This document shows, piece by piece, positions 47,189-57,695 of a stretch of 64,000 nucleotides of DNA. Source of the stretch: an uncultured Ectothiorhodospiraceae bacterium. GTDB lineage: Bacteria > Pseudomonadota > Gammaproteobacteria > CAYFSA01. Where the stretch lies: NCBI GenBank assembly GCA_964345605.1, contig CAYFSA010000001.1, positions 14,521 through 78,520 of the forward strand, written 5' to 3'. Position 1 is the stretch's first letter; each line of letters starts with the position of its first letter. The translations under genes and the position numbers were made by a program. The notes below the pieces were generated by a model. It saw nothing but the letters and a program-made list of their open reading frames with translations, was not told the origin of the DNA and did not search any database.

Positions 47189-47709
47189 GTCAGATAATCA
47201 CCCAGGGCCTGGGACAATTTGCCTTGGGCCTCGAGGATGAACTCGCAGACCTCGCGGGCGGCGCCGCGGCCACCGGCATGCGCGGTCACCCAATGGGCAT
47301 GCTGTTGGGCCCAGTGATGGGCGTCATTGACTGCAATCGCCAAGCCGACCCGTGCCATGACCGGCAGATCGACCACATCGTCGCCGACATAGGCGATATG
47401 CTCGGCATCGATACCAGTATCCTGCAGAATACGCTCGAGCGCCGGCAGCTTGTCGCGATGACCCTGAAAGACCAGCTCGACCCCGAGGTCTTGCATCCTG
47501 TGGGTGACCACCTGAGAGCGGCGGCCGGTAATGATCGCGATGCGCACACCGTAATCCTGCAGCATGCGCATGCCGTGCCCATCGCGGGAATGGAACGCCT
47601 TGTACTCTTCGCCATGATCACCGAGAAACAGGCTGCCGTCGGTGAGCACACCATCGACGTCGAAAATGACGAGCTGGATTTGCTTGGCTTTGTCGAGAAG
47701 ATGCAGCAT
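47185..47709 (-). CDS. kdsC: 3-deoxy-D-manno-octulosonate 8-phosphate phosphatase
   Basis: HAD motif I IFDVDGVLTDG and later motifs. Its canonical position is upstream of lptC. Confidence 0.85.
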   Translation of the reverse strand: MLHLLDKAKQIQLVIFDVDGVLTDGSLFLGDHGEEYKAFHSRDGHGMRMLQDYGVRIAIITGRRSQVVTHRMQDLGVELVFQGHRDKLPALERILQDTGIDAEHIAYVGDDVVDLPVMARVGLAIAVNDAHHWAQQHAHWVTAHAGGRGAAREVCEFILEAQGKLSQALGDYLT

Positions 47710-47816
47710 TTAGGTCTTGGCTCAATCGGTTAATATCATTAATGCCGAGCAATCGAACAGCGACTGCCTTAACGAGGTCTGATTATAAAGTTTACTCGCC
47801 TCGAGCGGATAAAGGT

Positions 47817-48782
47817 ATGCATACGAAGCAGGTTGTGCGAGCGGTGCTGCGGCTGACCGGCCTGGCCGTGCTGTGCGCCGGTTGCGCGAGCGCAACGGCG
47901 ATGGCGGCCAGGCTGGATTTCGCCGCCGCGATCGACAGCGTTCACTGGTGGCTCGAAGAGGCCAGCGGCCAGGCTTGCCGGCTGCGCCAGGATATTCCTG
48001 GCTATGGCATTGCCCGGTTTGTGCAGGCCGGCTGGCAGCCGCTGCAGTTAACGGTGGCGCTACAGCGAACGCCCGCGCAACCTATCAAGGCAGACTTAGC
48101 CGTGCAACCGGCATCCTGGCAGGGCGAACTGCTCGGGCGCCGAGTTTACGAACTCACCATCAATCCTGGTCAAGCCTCGATCCGGGTCGAAGGCCGGCCG
48201 GCGGTCACCCTGCTGAACGCGCTGGAACAGGGCCGCGTCGTGGCCCTGCGACAGCATCCCAAAGGCCCGGCGATGGCAGCCGTGCAGGTGACCTTGCAGC
48301 CCATCGGCATGCGCACGAAGCGGCGCGCCTTCCGTCAATGCCAAGCGGATCTGCGGCAAAGCTTGATTGCCAACGAGCAATGGCAGTTGCTCACCGAGGC
48401 CCAAGTGCGGTCTAGCCAGGCGGCCAAGGATCAGGATATCGTGGTCAATTTCGATTTCGACCGCGCCGCCATCAAGCCGGCAGCGGCGCAGACGCTCGAC
48501 CAGCTCGCCCAGCGAGCCCGGCAGGCGGGCCATACCATTGTCATCAGACTGGCCGGACACGCCGATGCACGAGGCGCGCTGAGCTATAACGAGCGCCTGT
48601 CCGAGCGCCGGGCCCGGGCGGTAGCCCGCTATCTGATCAAAGCAGGTGTATCGCCACGCCGCTTGCGGCTGCATTGGTACGGGGAAACCCGCCCGGCCGC
48701 CGAAGGCGATGACGCGATCGCCCACGCGGCCAATCGGCGGGTCCGCATCCGGTTCGTGCCGGTTGATGGCAGCGAATCATGA
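47817..48782 (+). CDS. MotY-like flagellar T-ring lipoprotein with C-terminal OmpA-like peptidoglycan-binding domain
   Basis: Lipoprotein signal (LAVLCAGCAS). The N-domain pattern QACRL..IPGYGIARFVQ..GWQPL...FRQCQADL resembles the MotY N-domain. C-terminal OmpA motifs (..GHADARGALSYNERLSERRA..). Confidence 0.6.
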   Translation: MHTKQVVRAVLRLTGLAVLCAGCASATAMAARLDFAAAIDSVHWWLEEASGQACRLRQDIPGYGIARFVQAGWQPLQLTVALQRTPAQPIKADLAVQPASWQGELLGRRVYELTINPGQASIRVEGRPAVTLLNALEQGRVVALRQHPKGPAMAAVQVTLQPIGMRTKRRAFRQCQADLRQSLIANEQWQLLTEAQVRSSQAAKDQDIVVNFDFDRAAIKPAAAQTLDQLAQRARQAGHTIVIRLAGHADARGALSYNERLSERRARAVARYLIKAGVSPRRLRLHWYGETRPAAEGDDAIAHAANRRVRIRFVPVDGSES

Positions 48783-48930
48783 ACGCTCGCCATCGGCTTC
48801 GACAGCATGACCAGAAAGCGCAGCGCAGGCCGGTTAACAGCAGCCCGGCAACGGCTCGGATGGCCTACCGTAGTCAGCCTTCGGGCGCGTATACTAACCG
48901 CTTTGCGATCCACGCTGACACGGGGACACG

Positions 48931-50151
48931 ATGACAGCAATCAACAAAGTGGTTTTGGCCTATTCCGGGGGCCTCGATACCTCGGTGATCCTGAAATGGC
49001 TTCAACAAACCTATGGCTGTGAAGTGGTGACGTTTACCGCTGACATCGGCCAGGGCGAGGAAGTCGAGCCGGCCCGGACCAAGGCACAGGCACTCGGGGT
49101 CCAGGAGATTTATATCGAGGATCTGCGCGAGACGTTCGCGCGCGATTACGTCCTGCCCATGTTTCGCGCCAACACCGTGTATGAGGGCGAATACCTGCTC
49201 GGCACCTCGATCGCCCGGCCGCTGATCGCCAAGCGCCTGGTCGAAATCGCTACAGCCACGGGTGCCGACGCCATCGCCCATGGAGCCACCGGCAAAGGCA
49301 ACGATCAGGTCCGCTTCGAATTGGGCGCCTATGCCCTGCGCCCCGATATCCAGGTGATCGCGCCCTGGCGGGAATGGACACTGACCTCGCGCGAGCGGCT
49401 GCTGGCCTATGCCAAAGCGCATAATATCCCGGTCGAGTACCAGACCAGCGGCGGCTCGCCCTACTCCATGGATGCTAATTTATTGCATATTTCCTACGAG
49501 GGCGGCGTCTTGGAAGATCCTTGGGCGGAGCCGGAGGAAACCATGTGGCGCTGGACGGTGGCGCCCGAGCAGGCACCCGTGACGCCAACTTATCTGGATA
49601 TCGATTTTAACCAGGGTGATCCAGTGGCCCTCGATGGTGAAACGCTTAGTCCGGCCGTGCTAATCGAGCGCCTGAATGCCATCGCCGCCGCTCACGGGAT
49701 CGGCAGGCTGGACATCGTCGAGAACCGGTATGTCGGCATGAAATCTCGCGGCTGTTATGAAACCCCGGCCGGCACGGTGCTCTTGCAAGCGCATCGGGCC
49801 ATCGAATCGCTGACCTTGGACCGCGAGGCCGCGCATCTTAAGGACGAGCTCATGCCGCGTTATGCCGCGCTTATTTATAACGGCTACTGGTGGAGCCCGG
49901 AACGCGAAATGCTGCAAGCGGCCATCGATGCCAGCCAAACGCATGCCAACGGTCGGGTTCGGGTCAAGCTGTACAAAGGCAATGTCAGCATCGCCGGGCG
50001 CTACTCCGAGCGGGACAGCCTGTTCGACAGCGCCGCCGCCACCTTCGAGGACGATGCCGGGGCTTATGATCAACGCGACGCTGCGGGCTTCATTCGGCTC
50101 CACGCCTTGCGGCTGCGCACCGGCGGTCGCCACCGGCAGGGCTCGCAATGA
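48931..50151 (+). CDS. argG: argininosuccinate synthase
   Basis: [11 protein letters not shown]-loop motif and full-length ArgG signatures. Confidence 0.95.
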   Translation: MTAINKVVLAYSGGLDTSVILKWLQQTYGCEVVTFTADIGQGEEVEPARTKAQALGVQEIYIEDLRETFARDYVLPMFRANTVYEGEYLLGTSIARPLIAKRLVEIATATGADAIAHGATGKGNDQVRFELGAYALRPDIQVIAPWREWTLTSRERLLAYAKAHNIPVEYQTSGGSPYSMDANLLHISYEGGVLEDPWAEPEETMWRWTVAPEQAPVTPTYLDIDFNQGDPVALDGETLSPAVLIERLNAIAAAHGIGRLDIVENRYVGMKSRGCYETPAGTVLLQAHRAIESLTLDREAAHLKDELMPRYAALIYNGYWWSPEREMLQAAIDASQTHANGRVRVKLYKGNVSIAGRYSERDSLFDSAAATFEDDAGAYDQRDAAGFIRLHALRLRTGGRHRQGSQ

Positions 50152-50939
50152 GGCTGCGGTGCGGCGGCATACCCACCCTTGTGGTGCTGCTAATCGTCAT
50201 CCTGACGGCCGGCTGCGCCAGCACGCCGGCGCAGGCACCCGGCGAGTTGGCCAACCGCGATCCGCTGGAGAACTACAATCGCCGGATGTATGCCTTCAAC
50301 GATGCCTTGGATCGGGCTTTCATCAAGCCATTGGCGCGGGGCTATCAGCTCATTACCCCTAGCATCGTCGATCGTGGCGTCAGTAATTTCTTCGCCAACA
50401 TCGATGACATCACCGTGGCCGTCAACGATCTGCTGCAGGCGAAATTCGCGCAAGCGGCCACCGATACCGGGCGGTTTCTCATCAACACCACCCTGGGCAT
50501 CGGCGGCCTGTTCGATGTCGCCTCGTCCTTAGGGCTGGAAAAACACGACGAAGACTTCGGTCAGACCCTGGGCTACTGGGGTGTACCCTCAGGTCCCTAC
50601 CTGATCTTGCCGCTGCTTGGCCCAAGCACACTGCGCGATGCCCCGACCCTGGTCGCCGCGCGCTATACCACCCCCTGGCCTTATCTCGACCTGGCAACCA
50701 TCGAGCAGCGCGGCATCGACTTGCTTGCCGCCGTCGATCTGCGGGCCGATCTGATGGGCGCCGAGAAAGTGGTCAATCAAATGGCTCTGGACCGCTATGC
50801 CACCATTCGTGACAGCTTTCTCGACCGGCGGCTGAACAAGGTCTATGACGGCAATCCGCCGCTAAGCGAACAATCCTTCGATCCGATCAAAGAACTCGAG
50901 ATGCTCGAGGAGCTCGAATCCTTGGACGCCTCACAATAG
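50148..50939 (+). CDS. mlaA: MlaA/VacJ family outer-membrane lipoprotein
   Basis: Lipobox LTAGC. Motifs ..[17 protein letters not shown].. and ..[14 protein letters not shown].. are the MlaA signatures. Confidence 0.8.
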   Translation: MRLRCGGIPTLVVLLIVILTAGCASTPAQAPGELANRDPLENYNRRMYAFNDALDRAFIKPLARGYQLITPSIVDRGVSNFFANIDDITVAVNDLLQAKFAQAATDTGRFLINTTLGIGGLFDVASSLGLEKHDEDFGQTLGYWGVPSGPYLILPLLGPSTLRDAPTLVAARYTTPWPYLDLATIEQRGIDLLAAVDLRADLMGAEKVVNQMALDRYATIRDSFLDRRLNKVYDGNPPLSEQSFDPIKELEMLEELESLDASQ

Positions 50940-50955
50940 TCGGGATCATCGCCGC

Positions 50956-51477
50956 ATGTACGTATTCGTCGAGCCTTTCTTGCAACTCTGTCTTTTCAAG
51001 CGCGGCCCGCAGGATTTACCGCCGTCAACGCTGCTGCTGACGCTGGTTTCGCTGGTCTATGTGATCGTCACGGGGCTGATGGTGCTGCCCTATTTCCCGG
51101 TTGCCGTAAGCCTGCTACAGGGCCTGTTGGACTTCGCGATTCTGGCCGGCTACACCTGGCTCATTCTGCTGCTCAGCGGCTATCCGCGGCGCTGGCTGCA
51201 AACGCTGATCGCCCTGCTCGGCGCCGGCACGATCCTGACGACCCTGATGCTGCCACTGTTGTACAACGCGGGCCAAGACCCGAGCGCTTGGGTGGCCCTG
51301 ACCTATCTATTTGCTGCCGGCTGGCTATTGGTGCTGTATGCCCATATTTTTCGCCTGGCCTTGTCGGCCCGTTCACTGGGTTATGGGATGATATTCGCCT
51401 TAGGCTACGTGCTGCTGTCCGCCGCCTTGATGCAGCGCCTGTTCCCGGCCCCGACTGTGTCCTCCCCGGTAGCCTGA
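50956..51477 (+). CDS. hypothetical integral membrane protein (173 aa, ~5 TM)
   Basis: Hydrophobicity pattern only. Confidence 0.4.
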   Translation: MYVFVEPFLQLCLFKRGPQDLPPSTLLLTLVSLVYVIVTGLMVLPYFPVAVSLLQGLLDFAILAGYTWLILLLSGYPRRWLQTLIALLGAGTILTTLMLPLLYNAGQDPSAWVALTYLFAAGWLLVLYAHIFRLALSARSLGYGMIFALGYVLLSAALMQRLFPAPTVSSPVA

Positions 51478-51495
51478 TCGCGGACCCTGGCCCAA

Positions 51496-52862
51496 TGCAT
51501 ATCCATATTCTAGGTATTTGCGGCACCTTCATGGGCGGCATTGCGGTAATCGCTCAGCAAGCCGGTCATCGGGTAACCGGGGCCGATAGCGGCGTTTATC
51601 CTCCCATGAGCACGCAGCTCGAGGGCTTGGGTATCGCCTTGACCGAAGGCTACGAGCCTGCTCAGCTCAGCCCTGCCCCTGAGCAGGTCATCGTCGGCAA
51701 TGTCATGCATCGGGGGCTGCCCATCATCGAACAGCTCCTGGATACCGGCCTGGCTTATAACTCCGGCCCGCAATGGCTGGCCGAGCAAGTCCTGCCGGAC
51801 CGCTGGGTATTGGCGGTCGCCGGCACCCATGGCAAAACCACCACAGCCGCCATGCTGGCCTGGATTCTGGAGCAGGCCGGCTATGCCCCGGGCTTTCTGA
51901 TCGGCGGCGTGCCGGCGAATTTCGGCACATCGGCGCGCCTGGGCCAGGCCCCGTATTTCGTCATCGAAGCCGATGAATACGACACGGCGTTTTTCGACAA
52001 GCGCTCCAAATTTGTTCATTACCGGCCTCGCACCCTGATTCTGAACAATCTCGAACACGATCACGCCGATATTTTCCCTGACTTAGCGGCGATCCAATGG
52101 CAATTCCATCAACTGCTGCGCACCGTACCCGGCAGCGGGCGCATCCTGGTCAACGCAGCCGAGCCGGCGCTGCAGGACGTCTTGCAGATGGGCTGCTGGA
52201 CCCCTACTGACTCCTACGCCCTGGCCGACGCGGCGGCCTGGCAGGCGCGCCTGCAGGATGCGGCCGGCCAGGCCTTCACGGTCCAACACCACGGCGAGGC
52301 CGTCGGCGAGGTGCACTGGTCCTTGCTTGGCCGGCATAACGTCGCCAACGCCCTCGCCGCGATTGCCGCGGCGGCCCATGTCAATGTCCCACCAACCACC
52401 GCCTGCACGGCACTCGGCGAATTCCAGGGCGTGCGCCGGCGCCTGCAATCGCGCGGCCGGGTTGCCGGTATCGAGATTTTCGATGATTTTGCCCATCATC
52501 CCACGGCCATTGCCACGACCTTGGCGGGCCTGCGGGCGCAACGCCCGGCTGCCCGCCTGGTGGCCGTACTGGAATTGCGCTCGAACAGTATGCGCATGGG
52601 CCTGCATCGAGAGCGCCTGGCTCCAGCGCTCGCCGGCGCCGATCTCGCCTGGGTCTATGCCGCCCCGGAGCTGGCCTGGGAACCAACCGCCCTCGCCAAC
52701 GGCCCAACTGAAACTGGCGGTATTGTACGGAGTATCGATGAATTGCTGCAGCAATTATTGCAGACCCTGCAAGCCGGCGACCGGGTAGTCATCATGAGCA
52801 ATGGCGGCTTCGCGGGACTGCACGACCGCTTGCTGACAAGCCTGCGAGAACGCTGCCCTTGA
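51496..52862 (+). CDS. mpl: UDP-N-acetylmuramate:L-alanyl-gamma-D-glutamyl-meso-diaminopimelate ligase
   Basis: [31 protein letters not shown].. matches the Mur-ligase (Mpl) N-terminus. ATP site [10 protein letters not shown]. Confidence 0.85.
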
Positions 52863-53515
52863 CCGCTTCGGCTCAGCCGGCGCAGCCTTGTCGGCAGATC
52901 ACCCTGGCGCTTACCGGCGCTTCCGGCATGCCCTACGCCCTGCGCTTGCTGCAATGCCTGACCGCCGCGCATGTGCAGGTAAACTTGTTGGTCTCACGGG
53001 CGGCGCAAGTGGTGATCGGTATGGAAACGGCGCTGCAATTGCCCGCTCAGCCCCGGGCAATGACTCGCTACCTGGCCGAGCATTTCGGCTTGCCGGCCGA
53101 ATTGCTGCAGGTTTACGGGCGCGAGCAATGGAATGCCCCGGTGGCAAGCGGCACCGCAGTGGCCGAGGCCATGGTGGTATGCCCTTGCACTACCGGGACC
53201 CTGGCGGCTATTGCCCAAGGCAACAGCGACAACTTGATCGAGCGAGCTGCGGATGTCTCCCTGAAGGAGCGGCGGCCGTTGATTCTGGTACTGCGCGAGA
53301 CACCGCTTTCGATTATTCATCTGGAAAACATGTTGCGCCTGGCGCGGGCTGGAGCCACTATCATGCCGGCCAATCCGGGCTTTTATCACATGCCCCAGGC
53401 TATTGACGACTTGGTTGATTTCATTGCGGCCAGGGTGCTCGATCACCTGCGGATACCCCATCAACTGCTGCCGCGATGGGGCCAAGCGGCCGCGGATTTG
53501 AACACTCGCCCTTGA
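52859..53515 (+). CDS. ubiX: flavin prenyltransferase UbiX
   Basis: ..[21 protein letters not shown].. is the flavoprotein motif of UbiX/Pad1. A 4-nt overlap with mpl. Confidence 0.85.
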   Translation: MTASAQPAQPCRQITLALTGASGMPYALRLLQCLTAAHVQVNLLVSRAAQVVIGMETALQLPAQPRAMTRYLAEHFGLPAELLQVYGREQWNAPVASGTAVAEAMVVCPCTTGTLAAIAQGNSDNLIERAADVSLKERRPLILVLRETPLSIIHLENMLRLARAGATIMPANPGFYHMPQAIDDLVDFIAARVLDHLRIPHQLLPRWGQAAADLNTRP

Positions 53516-53636
53516 GCGATCGCAATTTAGGGGGAGACGCGGCCCGGCAAGCAATGTTAGGCTGTTTATTCATGCTACCCTAGCGGGTCTGAGGCTAACC
53601 TTAGGCTCTTCAATCCAACGCCCAAGGAGTTTTATT

Positions 53637-54023
53637 GTGGCTGTCCAAGAGCTCACCGCCAACGATTTTGAAAAGACCATCACCGATAACAGCATCGTCC
53701 TGATCGATTTCTGGGCACCCTGGTGTGGTCCCTGCAAGAGCTTTGCCCCTATCTATGAGCAAGTCTCTGAAAACCATCCGGATGTTGCCTTCTGCAAGGT
53801 CAATACCGAGGAAGAGCAAGCCCTGGCCACGCATTTCCAAATTCGCTCCATTCCCACGCTCATGATTTTCCGCGAGCAGGTCATCCTGTTCTCCCAACCC
53901 GGTATGCTCGCCGCCAACCAATTGGAAGAGCTGATCGACAAGGTGCGGGAAGTTGACATGGCCCAGGTTCACGAAGAAGTCCGCAAACAGCAAGCGCAGG
54001 AGCAAGAAGCCCAAGCGAGCTAG
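53637..54023 (+). CDS. thioredoxin with short acidic/Q-rich C-terminal extension
   Basis: WCGPCK active site. 128 aa. Confidence 0.85.
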   Translation: MAVQELTANDFEKTITDNSIVLIDFWAPWCGPCKSFAPIYEQVSENHPDVAFCKVNTEEEQALATHFQIRSIPTLMIFREQVILFSQPGMLAANQLEELIDKVREVDMAQVHEEVRKQQAQEQEAQAS

Positions 54024-54084
54024 CTCGCACTCCTAACCCTAAGGGACTACGGCAAAGGAACTGCCCTGGTCAATAACAGGTCTG

Positions 54085-54786
54085 TCAGGTTTTCCGTAGC
54101 AACAGCGGCGCTCCGTCTTGCCGATACAGCCAAAGCACTGCACCTGCCGAGGCCACGAATTCGAACAGGCTGGCATATATATCGACCTCACGGGGCCAAG
54201 GGTAAGCATAAATCAAGTCCATTTCGGCCAACCGGCACCCCATAGCGACATAAGGATCGATCTGGGTCGATGGCTGCCAGTCAGTCGCACCATAAGTGCC
54301 GTGAACGGCAAAGTCCTCCGGCGCGATAGCCGGGACAAAACTGCCAACCGCCAACTGGCCGCGCAAACCAAATTGCGCAAATAGCTCATGAGCCCCGGCG
54401 ACCAACGCCGCGTCCTGCTCGATAGCAAAGACGCGCATACCGTTGATTGCGGCAAGCCCCGCGATCAGACCCACACCACTGCCCCATTCGCAATAGTGGC
54501 TGCCGGCCAAAACCCCTTCTTTTTGCAAACTTTTTAAGTGCCTGGCGAACATTTGAGGGTCCGATAGCAGCAACGTCGTGTAAGCCGGGTGGTCGGCATG
54601 AAACGCAGCAATCCATCGTCGCCCAGTGGCGATAAATGTTTCTTCCAAAGTGCTCAGGGAGTCATTGGCAGCGGGCCATTCAATAGGTATTAGCGCCATA
54701 GCGTCGACCCACATTACAACCGGTTTTCCTGAACGCGTCGAACGCCAAGCGCTAGATTGCATGGGCCAGACAGGTCTGACAAACAA
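54085..54786 (-). CDS. small class I SAM-dependent methyltransferase-like protein occupying the effector slot downstream of VgrG-DUF4123
   Basis: Motif I HYCEWGSGVGLIAGLAA, then post-I VFAIEQD. Its start overlaps the DUF4123 gene end (or begins 37 nt after it if the internal Met is used). Confidence 0.55.
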   Translation of the reverse strand: MFVRPVWPMQSSAWRSTRSGKPVVMWVDAMALIPIEWPAANDSLSTLEETFIATGRRWIAAFHADHPAYTTLLLSDPQMFARHLKSLQKEGVLAGSHYCEWGSGVGLIAGLAAINGMRVFAIEQDAALVAGAHELFAQFGLRGQLAVGSFVPAIAPEDFAVHGTYGATDWQPSTQIDPYVAMGCRLAEMDLIYAYPWPREVDIYASLFEFVASAGAVLWLYRQDGAPLLLRKT

Positions 54787-55309
54787 GCTTGCCTGCCTTC
54801 AAGCGATAATCAAGCCAGGTGTTTTCAGTTTCCGCGGCCATCACGCAGCGGTCCACCGGCCCAAAGAATGCGGCTGCCTGGGCCTGATCGCAAGTCGGCA
54901 GGTACACCCGCAGCACGCGTGGATCATAATAACGAAAATATAGGGGCCTGCCGGTTTCATCATAGACGGTTAACAGCACGCGGCAATGTTGCCGTAAATC
55001 GCGAAAACCGGCCTGTGAGATCAAAAACACGCCCCAATGCTGCCCCCAGGGCAGCCCCAAAAGCCAATCAAGCAATGGCGACCCAAACTCTAGCTGGACC
55101 AAATATGGTGCTGCTCGAGCCAGAGCGTCATCAAGCTCACCACGCAGCAGGCAGATTGATGCCCCTTCGTAGTCGGTCAACCAACGTGGTAATTCAGGCA
55201 CCGCTGCGCCGTCCACAATGCCAAACACGTTTGCCCCGGTCGCAGGCTCAAAAAGTAACGCCTTAACAGCGTCCAGACAGTGATTGCTTGAGGTCATCGC
55301 ATCATTCAT
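54752..55309 (-). CDS. DUF4123-family T6SS effector adaptor/chaperone (Tap/Tec-like)
   Basis: ..ANVFGIVDGAAVPELPRWL.. and ..PYLVQLE.. are the hallmark DUF4123 motifs. Lies immediately downstream of vgrG. Confidence 0.7.
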   Translation of the reverse strand: MNDAMTSSNHCLDAVKALLFEPATGANVFGIVDGAAVPELPRWLTDYEGASICLLRGELDDALARAAPYLVQLEFGSPLLDWLLGLPWGQHWGVFLISQAGFRDLRQHCRVLLTVYDETGRPLYFRYYDPRVLRVYLPTCDQAQAAAFFGPVDRCVMAAETENTWLDYRLKAGKLVCQTCLAHAI

Positions 55310-55352
55310 TCAATCAGTCGGTAATTTAATGGCAACCAATGACCTAGATGCA

Positions 55353-57539
55353 TTAGCCACCTGCACATACTTCGCAAAACGGTGTACCTGCCTGGGCGGC
55401 ATTGGCCAAAGTTTGTGCCTGTTGCCGCTGATACCCCGCAACTTGAATTGGGTCCAGGCTACGCGGGCTAGTGCTGCGCTCAGCCGCTTGGGTCGTACTT
55501 AGGTCACCTGCTTGCGAAGTAACTGCCGTTTGCGGCTCCTGCGGCGCTATCGGTGCATCGGGAGAGCAACCGGCGCCGCTACCCGCGCTGCCGCCGCTAT
55601 TGATTTTTACCATCGGCCCTGAGATATCAACGCCCAGCGGCCCTACTGTGACGAAGGAACTGCCCGCCTTGATGGTCAGTTGCATGCCCGCTTCGATAAC
55701 GACGTTCATGCCGCCCTTCACATGCACGTTCATGCCGGCATCGACGGCATAATTCATGCCGATCTTATCTTGTCGATCCATACCCGTTTTCGAGGACAAG
55801 CTGCCCTCAATCTTGCTATTGTGATCACCCCCGGCCTTTTGATGTTTGTCACCATCGACCTGTTCGTATTGATCTTCTTTGATTATCAAATGCTTGTGCC
55901 TGGTGACTTGTTCTAATTGATCGTGCGCCACGAGCAGATGCCGATCTTGGCCAACCCATTCCTTGGTGGTGTTTTGGATCCGTATATCCTGGTCTTTTTG
56001 GCCATGAATAAAAATCTCTTCACTGTCTTTTTTATCTTCAAAGCGAATCTCATTAAAACCGCCTCCGCCCTTTGAACTGTTGGTCTTCCAGGTCGTTTTG
56101 GTCTTTTCATCTGGCAAGGGATAAGGCGGCATGGCTTCAGCGTTATATACACGACCGGTGACGATGGGCTTATCGGGATCGCCTTCCAAAAAACTGACAA
56201 TCACTTCCTGGCCGATACGCGGCAACATGATAGCCCCCCAGCCTTTCCCGGCCCAGTTTTGCGACACCCGGATCCAGCAGGAGCTGTTCTCATCTTTCAT
56301 CCCGTAACGATCCCAGTGAAACTGTACTTTCACCCGGCCGTATTGATCCGTCCAGACTTCTTCGCCCGGCGGACCCACCACGGTCGCAGTCTGCGGACCC
56401 TGAATCATAGGCTTGGTTGTCGTTGCCTCAGGCCGATAACTCTCCCTACTGTCAATGGCTGTAAAGGACGTCTTATAATGAGGCTCACCGGCCTCTACGC
56501 CAGCCTGACTCGTTTCAAATGCTTGCGACCCCATCTCATGTCGAGCACTTACCACCAAATATTCACGGTTTTGGGTTTGCCGCGGATGCTCCGTCAGGGT
56601 AAACAAATACCCTACCGCCAAACCACCCACATCGCCCTCTCCCGATACCACTTCGAAATTGGCATGTAACGCTTCGATACGGCGGCGCGCATACTGTTCA
56701 CCATCGGCACGCTCACTGTACAAGCCCGGATAGTCATACATTTCAAAATCCGCCTTTTCATGGTGGCGGATAAATGGGGCGTTGGCGGTTAAATCCGCCT
56801 TGGGTTTGATGAAATAATAGTCATTGAGCACCACCGAACCCGGCAGTACTTGTTTTCGGCAATCGATGTGACTGATATGTTCTTGATGAATAGGGCGATC
56901 AGAGGGACTGCAAGGGATCTCCGAGTAATTCGGGAACGCATCATGGGCACTGTAACTATCGGCTAAAACCAGGATATTCCGGCCATTTTCATGTTTGATG
57001 AAATAATAGATCCCTTCGGCTTCCAATAGGCGGCTCACGAAGGCAAAATCAGTTTCGCGATACTGCACACAGTATTCCCATTGACGATACTCGTTCGTCA
57101 GCGCATTTTCATAATCGGTGAAGCCATGCTCCCGAAACAATTCCATGACGATGGTGGGAATGTTTTTAGCCTGATAAATGCGGCAATCGGTTGTGCGCGT
57201 CAGGAACCACAACCATGGGCGCAAGACCAGTTCGTACGCCGCATACTGCCCCCGCTCGCCGATATAGCGGCATTCGCTGACAAAACCATTGAAATACCGC
57301 TCGCCACCCCGTTCTAACCGATAGCGTAGCGTTACATTCGTGCCAAGCAATGCCTCGAGTTCAATGTCGATGTCGCTGCTCAGGGCCTCGAGTCGAAATT
57401 CGGACAGCCGGCCCAACGCTTCCTGACCCATCACTCGCTGCAACAACAAGACATCTTCACCGAGCACTGTATTGACAGCCATGGATCGATAAGTCTGGGT
57501 CGCACCGGTTTTGCGCAGCTCTGCCATCGCCCTACTCAC
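55353..57539 (-). CDS. vgrG: type VI secretion system tip protein VgrG with ~80-aa C-terminal extension
   Basis: gp27-like and gp5-like (OB-fold) regions, repeated GMN-V-GG beta-helix motifs, then a G/S-rich linker and a unique tail (..PFCEVCAGG). Confidence 0.95.
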   Translation of the reverse strand: MSRAMAELRKTGATQTYRSMAVNTVLGEDVLLLQRVMGQEALGRLSEFRLEALSSDIDIELEALLGTNVTLRYRLERGGERYFNGFVSECRYIGERGQYAAYELVLRPWLWFLTRTTDCRIYQAKNIPTIVMELFREHGFTDYENALTNEYRQWEYCVQYRETDFAFVSRLLEAEGIYYFIKHENGRNILVLADSYSAHDAFPNYSEIPCSPSDRPIHQEHISHIDCRKQVLPGSVVLNDYYFIKPKADLTANAPFIRHHEKADFEMYDYPGLYSERADGEQYARRRIEALHANFEVVSGEGDVGGLAVGYLFTLTEHPRQTQNREYLVVSARHEMGSQAFETSQAGVEAGEPHYKTSFTAIDSRESYRPEATTTKPMIQGPQTATVVGPPGEEVWTDQYGRVKVQFHWDRYGMKDENSSCWIRVSQNWAGKGWGAIMLPRIGQEVIVSFLEGDPDKPIVTGRVYNAEAMPPYPLPDEKTKTTWKTNSSKGGGGFNEIRFEDKKDSEEIFIHGQKDQDIRIQNTTKEWVGQDRHLLVAHDQLEQVTRHKHLIIKEDQYEQVDGDKHQKAGGDHNSKIEGSLSSKTGMDRQDKIGMNYAVDAGMNVHVKGGMNVVIEAGMQLTIKAGSSFVTVGPLGVDISGPMVKINSGGSAGSGAGCSPDAPIAPQEPQTAVTSQAGDLSTTQAAERSTSPRSLDPIQVAGYQRQQAQTLANAAQAGTPFCEVCAGG

Positions 57540-57695
57540 TCATCGTTGTCTGAATATTTGCATAATTTTCGCAGCCAATGCACACCCACCCCCGTGGCAG
57601 GGACGCGACCAAGGTCGCGACAACCTATGCAATGGCTCCCATCACCGCCGCCCCCGTTTCAGCCTTCGCTCAGCGCGGCTTGGCCACAGCCCAGC